Sequence record: KU885988.1
Reading direction: 5' to 3' (one strand)
Length of the DNA: 32,000 bases
Source of the DNA: Dinoroseobacter phage DS-1410Ws-06
In this document: positions 1 to 6,806 of the stretch, piece by piece
Layout of the letters: every line of letters starts with the position of its first letter
Position numbering within the stretch: position 1 is the stretch's first letter
The notes under the pieces: generated by a model
Seen by the model: the letters and a program-made list of their open reading frames with translations, nothing else
Databases searched by the model: none
Told to the model about the DNA's origin: nothing
Made by a program: the position numbers and the translations under genes

Positions 1-1
1 T

Positions 2-1084
2 GCTGGAGATGGTTTCATCTTCTTCAATAAAGAGTTCTGGGACAAGCTGGTCCCTGAGCAACAGAAGACTGTGGTGGCTCACGAGATCTGGCACCTGATC
101 TGCGATCACTTGAATCGTGGTCAGGGGCTGGATCCTGATTCCTACAATATTGCTGGTGATCACTTCATCAACCTGACTCTTCAGGAAGATGGTTTCCCCA
201 TCAATGAGAACTCCGACTTCGGGGGTATTACTCCCTGCTGTGACCCAGCCTATCGTGGTCTCAGCACGGAAGAGATCTATGCTCGTGTCCATGAAGATCG
301 GAAAAAAGACCCCGGATCCCACAAACCTCAACAGGGAACCCCTTCGAAAGATCAGATTGAAGACCTGATCAAAGAGGCTTTGGAGGGGTCCGGGGACTCC
401 ATTGAAGAGAACAAAGAGAAAGATGAGAATCTCAGACAACAAATCGCTAACGAAGCGATGGCCTGCCCACCCGGTGACGGAACAGGTGCAGAAGACCGAG
501 TGCTCAGAACTGAGTGCATCAAGGTCTACATCAAGAAAGCCACCTACGAAGAGATCTTCGAACCATGGCTCATTGATCCTCTGTCCGGAGGTAAGAGGAC
601 ATACATACGTCCTTCACGTCGCCAAGTTGCTGGAGGACTTCGGCTTAAAGGCAAGTTCCCCAAGCGTGGACGGAAGAACAGACTGACTCATCTGGTCTAT
701 GCTCTCGATGTGTCTGGTTCGATTACTCAGTATCAGGCTCAGCAGTTTCTGAGATCAGCTAAGACTCTGAAAGAAAAGCTGAATCCCAAGCTCATGACTG
801 TGATGCTCTGGGATACTCAGATCAAGTTCGAGAAAGTATTCCGTGAAGACGAAACCCTCGACAACATCCATGTGCAAGCTGGTGGAGGCACCTGCCTGAA
901 ACCAGTTTACAAACGTGTCCAACAAATAAATCCTGAAGCACTTGTCATCTTCACGGATCTTTGTGTAGACATACCACCCAAACCTGACTGGGAGACTATC
1001 TGGTTCGTTCCTGACATGGACATCTATGAACCGTATCTTCAGCAGGTCACATACGGGGACATTTATTTGGTCCCAGAGGAGTAA
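2..1084 (+). CDS. Putative zinc metallopeptidase (HExxH) fused to VWA/MIDAS domain; 5'-truncated by window edge
   Basis: The frame of the 71..1084 ORF stays open back to nt 2 (AGDGFIFFNKEFWDKLVPEQQKTVVAHEIWH...), so the gene starts upstream of the window. It has the HExxH motif 'AHEIWHLICDH', as in DUF2201_N-type putative metallopeptidase domains. Downstream there is a VWA-like segment with the MIDAS-like DxSxS 'LVYALDVSGSI'. Confidence 0.75.
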   Translation, partial: AGDGFIFFNKEFWDKLVPEQQKTVVAHEIWHLICDHLNRGQGLDPDSYNIAGDHFINLTLQEDGFPINENSDFGGITPCCDPAYRGLSTEEIYARVHEDRKKDPGSHKPQQGTPSKDQIEDLIKEALEGSGDSIEENKEKDENLRQQIANEAMACPPGDGTGAEDRVLRTECIKVYIKKATYEEIFEPWLIDPLSGGKRTYIRPSRRQVAGGLRLKGKFPKRGRKNRLTHLVYALDVSGSITQYQAQQFLRSAKTLKEKLNPKLMTVMLWDTQIKFEKVFREDETLDNIHVQAGGGTCLKPVYKRVQQINPEALVIFTDLCVDIPPKPDWETIWFVPDMDIYEPYLQQVTYGDIYLVPEE

Positions 1085-1085
1085 C

Positions 1086-1358
1086 ATGCTTGTCTTGAAA
1101 CTCGAACTGCATTCAGCAGTCACAGGTGAGGTCAAAGAAATTGGCCGAACCATCATCGCAAACACTGGAAAAGGTAGTTTCCAAAAAGGTGATTACATCG
1201 TGAAAGTCGCCAAAAAGAGAAAGACCTTTTCCAACACAGACACATGGAAAGAGCCTTTGCGAACTGGCAATGTCGAGAACTACCCTCGTCTGTCATACAA
1301 CGTCTGGCGACTGGTCATTCGTGCTCTGCTCTCAGCTTTCCCGGAGGAACAGAAATGA
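1086..1358 (+). CDS. Hypothetical protein (90 aa)
   Basis: This is an internal ATG of the 1026..1358 ORF. It lies 2 nt after the upstream stop and is preceded by GAGGAG (1076-1081). The stop overlaps the dcd start (ATGA at 1355-1358). No recognisable motif. Confidence 0.55.
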   Translation: MLVLKLELHSAVTGEVKEIGRTIIANTGKGSFQKGDYIVKVAKKRKTFSNTDTWKEPLRTGNVENYPRLSYNVWRLVIRALLSAFPEEQK

Positions 1359-1846
1359 TCGTCAACCGTGAAGCATTGCTTCGTGCCAGTCCCATCAAGG
1401 ACATGTACGCAGAAAAGATCAAAGAGAATGGCTACAGCTATGGCCTCTCTGAAGCTGGATATGACATCCGCATTAAGCAGGACATCCAGTTCGACAACAG
1501 ACAAGGACGACACCTCGTCTTTTGTGATGGCTCAGTCAACGATGGACATTTCACGTTGGCTTCTGCCATTGAGGAATTCACGATGCCTACCGATCTCGTC
1601 GGTATCGTCCACGACAAGAGCACATGGGCAAGGCAGGGTCTCTCTGTCTTCAACACTGTGATCGAGCCGGGATGGTGTGGATTCCTTACACTTGAGCTTG
1701 CCTACCATGGAAATGGACTGCTCCACATCCCTGCGGGTGTTGGCATAGCTCAAGTGGTTTTTCACCAAACGTCCAATCATGCTCAGTACGAAGGAAAGTA
1801 CCAGCATCAGGAGGACAAACCACAGGAGGCCAAATTCGATGGCTAA
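1355..1846 (+). CDS. dcd: dCTP deaminase / dUTPase-superfamily enzyme
   Basis: Internal ATG at 1355 (MIVNREALLRASPIKD...) is translationally coupled to the upstream gene. 'SEAGYDIRI' and 'STWARQGLSVFNTVIEPGWCGFLTLELAYHG' match the trimeric dCTP deaminase/dUTPase beta-barrel family pattern. Confidence 0.8.
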   Translation: MIVNREALLRASPIKDMYAEKIKENGYSYGLSEAGYDIRIKQDIQFDNRQGRHLVFCDGSVNDGHFTLASAIEEFTMPTDLVGIVHDKSTWARQGLSVFNTVIEPGWCGFLTLELAYHGNGLLHIPAGVGIAQVVFHQTSNHAQYEGKYQHQEDKPQEAKFDG

Positions 1847-2303
1847 AACCAAGACCAAGATGGAACTCGTTTCCACGGAGGAGACCCAAGAGTTCAAGAA
1901 GCGTCGCATGAAAGAAGTTCGTTCGATGGTATCTGCTGCTCTGAAGCACAACCAACGTATCGACCTGATGGACTGGGAAGGGACTGACATCGCTCGTGTG
2001 ATGGTCGCCCTGCAAGACGAGGTGATGAACTCTCGCAGCCGTCATCAGAAGGCAACGAAGCATATTGCTGAAAGCAAACAGATCTTCGGTGTCGTCGAAA
2101 ACGTCGTCGGTTTCACTCTGGAGGGTATGGGATCCATGATCACTGCTCTCGGTGATCGGAACCAAGAACTCGAAAAAGCTCTGTATGTCGAACGTCAGAG
2201 CCACATGCAAACGGCTGAAGTCCTCGACGCTGCTCATCAGGCTGGTATCCAGCAAGAACATGTCATCGAAGGCATGAAAGCCACAATCAAGGAACTGTCA
2301 TGA
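1839..2303 (+). CDS. Hypothetical protein (154 aa), predicted helical/coiled
   Basis: ATG at 1839 (MAKTKTKMELV...) overlaps the dcd stop. The stop overlaps the next start (ATGA at 2300). Composition is rich in charged residues and Q. No catalytic motif. Confidence 0.55.
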   Translation: MAKTKTKMELVSTEETQEFKKRRMKEVRSMVSAALKHNQRIDLMDWEGTDIARVMVALQDEVMNSRSRHQKATKHIAESKQIFGVVENVVGFTLEGMGSMITALGDRNQELEKALYVERQSHMQTAEVLDAAHQAGIQQEHVIEGMKATIKELS

Positions 2304-3718
2304 CAGAATATCAGGAACGCCGTCCTCGGCTCCTGATCCTTGGCTACGCCCGACACGGTAAAGACACTGTGGCTGAGATCCTTCGGGATCTCTACGGCCT
2401 CAAGTTCATGTCTTCATCCGAATTTGTTGGACGTGAATGCCTCTGGGATCAGTGGGGCAAAGCCGTTTACCCCAGCTTCGAAGCAATGTTCGAAGATCGG
2501 GTGAACAATCGTGAACTGTGGATGCAGATGATCTCTGCCTACAACACACCAGACAAGACACGTACTGCCTCGACCATGTTCGAGCGTGGTTACGACATGT
2601 ATGTCGGAATGCGTCGTCAGGACGAGCTTGATGCTTGTCGTGAAGCAGGTACGTTTGATTTGGTGATTTGGGTCGATGGATCTGACCGTCATCCACCTGA
2701 AACCGGGTCGATGGACATCACCCAAGCCTCGGCTCACCCCAATTACATCGTGAACAACAATGGTTCGCTCGAAGATCTGTACCAAGCAGTCGCTGAGCTT
2801 CACCATCACATCACGGTGAATTGTGGTTTCCATTGGCGTCTGGCAGATGAACTGCCTGTGCCTGAAATCAAAACCAACGATCTCGAAGAGGTCGATTTGC
2901 TGGAGAGACCAGATGAAAGCACACCTGTACTTGACCACGGCTATGTTGCCCTCGTTGATACCATGGGAGATGATGCAGCAATTGCTGAAGCTGCACGTCT
3001 ATCGTATGGTCGCGGAACTCGGTCTGTTCGCTCGCCGGAAGGGTTGATCAACTACCTGTACAGCCACCATCACACGTCACCTTTCGAGATGGCTGAGATG
3101 AAGTTCCAGATGCGGTTGCCCATCTTCGTCATGCGACAGTGGGTGCGTCACCGGACAGCAAACCTCAACGAATACTCTGGCCGTTACAGTGTCATGCCAC
3201 GTCTATGGTATGTGCCTGAAACCAAAGACATCAAGCACCAAGATACTGTGAACAAACAAGGTTCCAGTGGTGAGTTTGATTTCGCTGAGGCAACTGCCAT
3301 CCAGTCCATGATCGACCGGGCTTCTGAACGTGCATTTGACGACTATGAGGAACTTCTTTCTCGTGGGGTCTCGCGGGAGATGGCACGAATCATTCTTCCG
3401 CTGAACATGTACACAGAGATCGTCTGGAAGATGGACTTGAACAACATGCTCAAGTTCCTGTGGCTCCGGGATGATGGACATGCACAGCCTGAGATTCAGG
3501 CTTATGCACAAGTGATCGCTGGCTATGTCGAACAGGCATTCCCAATGACATACGCAGCCTACAAAAAGGCTCGCCAAGCAGTCACTCTGACCTATCCCGA
3601 ACTCTATGCCATCTTGACAGGTGATCGGTCAGCACTGTCCAAAAGCGAGACAGCGAAAAGTGAGGCATTGCAGCGTGATCTACAGCAGTGGATCCGAGCA
3701 CAGCTACCAGCCGATTGA
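2300..3718 (+). CDS. thyX: Fusion protein: N-terminal dNMP-kinase-like P-loop domain + C-terminal flavin-dependent thymidylate synthase ThyX
   Basis: The N-terminal ~170 aa carry the P-loop 'ILGYARHGKDTVAEIL' (GxxxxGKDT, as in phage deoxynucleotide monophosphate kinases). From about aa 205 (nt ~2912) the sequence is ThyX-like: 'LDHGYVALVD', and the ThyX signature RHR-x7-S-x-RY as 'RHRTANLNEYSGRYS' (nt 3146-3190). The ORF is a single uninterrupted 472 aa. Confidence 0.85.
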   Translation: MTEYQERRPRLLILGYARHGKDTVAEILRDLYGLKFMSSSEFVGRECLWDQWGKAVYPSFEAMFEDRVNNRELWMQMISAYNTPDKTRTASTMFERGYDMYVGMRRQDELDACREAGTFDLVIWVDGSDRHPPETGSMDITQASAHPNYIVNNNGSLEDLYQAVAELHHHITVNCGFHWRLADELPVPEIKTNDLEEVDLLERPDESTPVLDHGYVALVDTMGDDAAIAEAARLSYGRGTRSVRSPEGLINYLYSHHHTSPFEMAEMKFQMRLPIFVMRQWVRHRTANLNEYSGRYSVMPRLWYVPETKDIKHQDTVNKQGSSGEFDFAEATAIQSMIDRASERAFDDYEELLSRGVSREMARIILPLNMYTEIVWKMDLNNMLKFLWLRDDGHAQPEIQAYAQVIAGYVEQAFPMTYAAYKKARQAVTLTYPELYAILTGDRSALSKSETAKSEALQRDLQQWIRAQLPAD

Positions 3719-3746
3719 GCTTCACATTTCTGCACGCGCAAGTTAT

Positions 3747-3780
3747 GGGAGTCCTGACCAATCTTATGGAAGGGACTCCC
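3747..3780 (+). promoter_or_regulatory. Perfect 8-bp stem hairpin ending 1 nt before the start codon at 3782 (possible RBS-occluding element)
   Basis: GGGAGTCC (3747-3754) pairs with GGACTCCC (3773-3780) around an 18-nt loop. The purine-rich SD-like GGAAGGG (3768-3774) lies in the loop and 3' arm. No T-tract follows, so this is not a canonical terminator. Confidence 0.35.
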
Positions 3781-3781
3781 T

Positions 3782-4942
3782 ATGAGCAAATACCACGAGT
3801 ATTGGATTCAAAATGACAAGCCATCCTACCAAGCAGTGGCAGATCATTTTGGGGTCAATGAATCCACAGCCCGTCGTTCAATTCAAACCAAAGAAATGAG
3901 ACTGGAGTCAGCACAACTTGCTGAGCCAGCAGTCCTTGATGGCATGAAAGAATTAGGCTTCGAAGGTCAACCCGGAAGTGGTTGGGTGAAAAGTCAAGTT
4001 CCTGATAAACACGGACGAACTTACAGTTTTCATTTCTCAAACAAAGAAGAAGCGAAAACCGAAGAACAAAAGATGGCTGACATTGTAGCCAAGTTCACCG
4101 ATCCTTCTCCAATACTCTTCACCCCACCACCCCTAAAACTCACCAACCGGATCAAGAAAGCCTTCATCTCGATCAATGACCTTCACTCTGGTTCATTGGC
4201 TTGGGGCAAAGAAACCGGATACGGTGACTGGGATCTCGAAATCGCCATGAGCCGAATGACAGACTGGCTCTGCCGCTTATTTGAGCACGTCGAACGTGAA
4301 GGTGTGAACGAGATCATCCTGTACTACAACGGCGACACACTCCACGCCAACGGTCAGGTGCCAATGACTGCCACTCACGGATCTGACCACATCCTCGACA
4401 CTGACAGCCGTCATTTCAAAGTTGTCGATGTCACTGGTGAGCAAATCATTCATTGTACTGATATTGCTGCACAAATCTCCGATGTACGCCTCGTGATCAA
4501 GCGAGGAAACCATGACGGAGACAGCTATTTGAGCCTGCTGCAAGGTGCCAAATGGCGTTACCACAACCAAGAAAATGTCACTGTCGAGATGGACCCCAAT
4601 GCTTACTGGGCGAACATCTTTGGCAAGGTAGCGATCTTCGGACACCACGGTGACAAGATCAAAGCTGACCGTCTCGTGATGCAATTCCTCCAACGCTATC
4701 GGAAAGAGATTGCAGACGTGGATCACATCACGGTATGGACGGGTGACAAACACCATCGTAAGGTCGAGCAGTTCCCCGGAGTTATGTGGGAGCAAGCATC
4801 GAACTGGTGTGAACCTGATCTGTATGGTTCGGCCTACGGTGAAACAGCGATGGCTCAAGCAGTCATCTACGACGAAATCGAAGGTGAAGTATCCCGTTTC
4901 ACGGTGAAACCATCTTCCTCAACAGGAGAAGACCATGGCTAA
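3782..4942 (+). CDS. HTH-domain + calcineurin-like metallophosphoesterase
   Basis: The N-terminus 'PSYQAVADHFGVNESTARRSIQ' looks like a helix-turn-helix. The C-terminal two thirds carry the ordered metallophosphoesterase motifs: DxH 'INDLHSG', GDxxH 'YNGDTLHANG', GNHD 'KRGNHDGD', and 'FGHHGDK'. Confidence 0.75.
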   Translation: MSKYHEYWIQNDKPSYQAVADHFGVNESTARRSIQTKEMRLESAQLAEPAVLDGMKELGFEGQPGSGWVKSQVPDKHGRTYSFHFSNKEEAKTEEQKMADIVAKFTDPSPILFTPPPLKLTNRIKKAFISINDLHSGSLAWGKETGYGDWDLEIAMSRMTDWLCRLFEHVEREGVNEIILYYNGDTLHANGQVPMTATHGSDHILDTDSRHFKVVDVTGEQIIHCTDIAAQISDVRLVIKRGNHDGDSYLSLLQGAKWRYHNQENVTVEMDPNAYWANIFGKVAIFGHHGDKIKADRLVMQFLQRYRKEIADVDHITVWTGDKHHRKVEQFPGVMWEQASNWCEPDLYGSAYGETAMAQAVIYDEIEGEVSRFTVKPSSSTGEDHG

Positions 4943-5201
4943 GTGGGATCTCGAAAAACTCGACAAGGAAGCGAAACCCTCCCCTACCTATGCAGACCGC
5001 ATGGACAAGGTGGAAAGCCTATTTCGCTTTGCTCACCTCCCTGAACATCTTCAAGCAGCCAGCAAGCCGTTTCATGACCTTGCTGTGCATTTGACTGATA
5101 CACTGCCTCCCTCGGCAGAATATACACTGGCTCTCCGGAGCCTGTGGGAAGCGAAGAACCTTGCAGTCTTCGCCGCAGTTGAAGCAGCAGAAGGAGAATG
5201 A
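4935..5201 (+). CDS. Hypothetical protein (88 aa)
   Basis: ATG at 4935 overlaps the upstream stop. The product is probably helical. No motif recognised. Confidence 0.55.
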   Translation: MAKWDLEKLDKEAKPSPTYADRMDKVESLFRFAHLPEHLQAASKPFHDLAVHLTDTLPPSAEYTLALRSLWEAKNLAVFAAVEAAEGE

Positions 5202-5203
5202 AC

Positions 5204-5323
5204 ATGTTTGAACTTTTGATCGGGGTTGGTATCGGCCTCGTTGTAGGCTGGAATGTCCTGCCCCAGCCAATGTGGGTACAAAATCTGTACTCTCGTTGGT
5301 TCGGGGAAGGGGGTGATCAGTAA
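5204..5323 (+). CDS. Small single-pass membrane protein (39 aa; 41 aa if the ATG at 5198 is used); not in the ORF track
   Basis: AAGGAG at 5191-5196 lies 7 nt before the ATG at 5204. Translation: MFELLIGVGIGLVVGWNVLPQPMWVQNLYSRWFGEGGDQ, with one hydrophobic Gly-rich helix. An in-frame ATG at 5198 forms an ATGA overlap with the upstream stop. The gene is followed by a terminator. Confidence 0.5.
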   Translation: MFELLIGVGIGLVVGWNVLPQPMWVQNLYSRWFGEGGDQ

Positions 5324-5351
5324 TCTCCCTGCTTCGGCAGCGGTAAAGAAT

Positions 5352-5384
5352 AGCCCGTCCCTTAATTGGGGCGGGTTTTTTATT
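5352..5384 (+). terminator. Rho-independent terminator
   Basis: AGCCCGTCCC (5352-5361), loop TTAATT, GGGGCGGGTT (5368-5377). This gives a 10-bp stem with two G-T wobbles, running into TTTTTTATT. Confidence 0.7.
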
Positions 5385-5462
5385 GACAAACAGTTTATTA
5401 TGGTCCTCGAAAGCTCAATCTGTTAGAGCAGGGCAGACCAAGCCTAAACCAGAGGACGTGAC

Positions 5463-5786
5463 ATGACCGAAGTTGTTTATCCCTTCAAGCGTGGTGATGA
5501 TTTTATCGTCCCAATGACGCTTCGAGATTCCCAGCAGAACCCAGTCGATATTACCGGCTGGACGATCACATCTGCTGTGACCTATGCCCGGAAACCTGTG
5601 TCCACACTTGATGTCACCATCACTGATGGACCGAACGGGCAATTCACCCTTGCACTACCCAATGCCCAGACTTCTCAATGGCCCATTCGGAAGCTCAAGT
5701 GTGACATCCAGTTTGACCGTCCAGTCGAAGGACGTGTCTCGTCTCGGACTCTGACCATTGACGTACTGGAGGACCACACACCATGA
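5463..5786 (+). CDS. Small beta-sandwich (Ig/BppU-N-like) putative virion/fibre-associated protein
   Basis: 107 aa. The pattern 'F..PMTLRD....PVDITGWTITS.V.......LDVTITDGPNGQFTL.L...QT..WP....CDIQF' resembles the small Ig-like modules seen in phage baseplate and fibre proteins. It is the first gene after terminator 5352-5384, and its stop overlaps the next start (ATGA at 5783). Confidence 0.55.
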   Translation: MTEVVYPFKRGDDFIVPMTLRDSQQNPVDITGWTITSAVTYARKPVSTLDVTITDGPNGQFTLALPNAQTSQWPIRKLKCDIQFDRPVEGRVSSRTLTIDVLEDHTP

Positions 5787-6283
5787 GCGATCTGAATATC
5801 GAAGCAGTCCTTGGACCTCAGTATGAGATTGTCATCAATCAAGACGTTGTAAACGCTGATGATCCTTACAATCTCACCCTGACACCTCAAGAGCCTCTGG
5901 TTCTTGCGGTAGGTACTGGCTTCAACGTCAACCCCACTGCTACCGGTACGCTGGACGTACAGATCACTGCACAAGAAGTGATCAACGCCTATCGTGCTGT
6001 CACCTATGAAGGATTCTTTGCCCAACCAAACGCAGAGAGTCTCTCCAAATACGCTGGTGTGAATCGTGTTGCCACGATCATCGGTGAACCTCTCATGGTC
6101 GTCCGTGAGGGCCTCATGACTGAAGATGGATGGTCTTGGACTCCCAATGCTCCCATTTTCATTGGAACCGATGGTGTGCTAACACAAGCATCACCGGTCT
6201 TTGGAACCCCAGTGCGTCGTATTGCATGGGCAATTTCAGCAACAACCATCAATCTCGAACCGTATCCCATCATAGGAGTGTGA
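5783..6283 (+). CDS. Putative fibre/structural protein (166 aa)
   Basis: Translationally coupled on both sides. The C-terminal pattern (...TPNAPIFIGTDGVLTQ...GTPVRRIAWAISATTINLEPYP) parallels the C-terminus of the next gene. Confidence 0.55.
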   Translation: MSDLNIEAVLGPQYEIVINQDVVNADDPYNLTLTPQEPLVLAVGTGFNVNPTATGTLDVQITAQEVINAYRAVTYEGFFAQPNAESLSKYAGVNRVATIIGEPLMVVREGLMTEDGWSWTPNAPIFIGTDGVLTQASPVFGTPVRRIAWAISATTINLEPYPIIGV

Positions 6284-6284
6284 T

Positions 6285-6791
6285 ATGCCTGATAAGTTTC
6301 TCCAACACGATGCAGCAGGTGGCTTCCGTGAAGTCGAAGGTACTGCTGTGGGTGGAGCGGGACAGGCCAACAAGATCCCTGCCTTGGACTTGTCAGGTCG
6401 TCTCGATTCCACAATGATGCCCACTGGTATTGGTGCTGAAACCGCTGCTCTCGAAGCATTCGGTGCTCTCAGTGCTGGTGATCTCGTCAACGTCTTCAAT
6501 GACGGTGGCGTGATGAAGGTACGACGTGCAGATGCATCCACTGGTGTGGCTCCTGCAAATGGTTTCGTTCTCGAAGCCTATGCAGCACTTGCCACAGCCA
6601 CTGTGTATTTTGCAGGTCTGAACAGCCAAGTCACCGGACTGACTCCGGGACTGCACTACCTGTCCACCACACCCGGTGCATCGAACCATGTGGCTCCAGC
6701 AGCCGCTGGCAACGTCGTACAGCGTATTGGTACAGCACTGAACTCTACCACGCTGTTCTTCAACCCGCAGGATCCGATCTTGCTGGCATAA
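6285..6791 (+). CDS. Tail-fibre-like protein (168 aa)
   Basis: The N-terminus 'GGAGQANKIPALDLSGRLDSTMMP' matches the common phage tail-fibre motif (G..GKIP.LD..GKLD.S..P). The C-terminus 'LTPGLHYLSTTPG....AAGNVVQRIGTALNSTTLFFNP' is a typical small fibre knob pattern. Confidence 0.65.
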   Translation: MPDKFLQHDAAGGFREVEGTAVGGAGQANKIPALDLSGRLDSTMMPTGIGAETAALEAFGALSAGDLVNVFNDGGVMKVRRADASTGVAPANGFVLEAYAALATATVYFAGLNSQVTGLTPGLHYLSTTPGASNHVAPAAAGNVVQRIGTALNSTTLFFNPQDPILLA

Positions 6792-6806
6792 TATAGGGGT
6801 GTCCCC

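Noticed and set aside
402-686. Same-strand alternative-frame ORFs, for example 402-686, 1368-1661, 7174-7473, 7930-8268, 13483-13788, 17351-17575, 20449-20724 and 24878 as a start.
   Set aside because: They are nested inside longer ORFs that have clear homology patterns. Their products are Ser/Arg/Leu-rich translations typical of off-frame reading.
3755-3762. Recurrent TGAC(C)AAT motif in intergenic regions: 3755-3762, 20425-20431, 31892-31900, and the related 5383-5390.
   Set aside because: A motif of 7-8 nt is expected by chance a few times in 32 kb on two strands. Distances to start codons are inconsistent (17 to 79 nt). It is worth a genome-wide motif search but is not supportable here.
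5383-5401. Perfect TTGACA hexamer (5383-5388) just after the terminator, as a sigma70-type promoter for the fibre operon.
   Set aside because: The only good -10-like hexamer (TATTAT, 5396-5401) is 7 nt away instead of 16-18 nt. Nothing -10-like sits at the correct spacing. I cannot support a promoter call from sequence alone.
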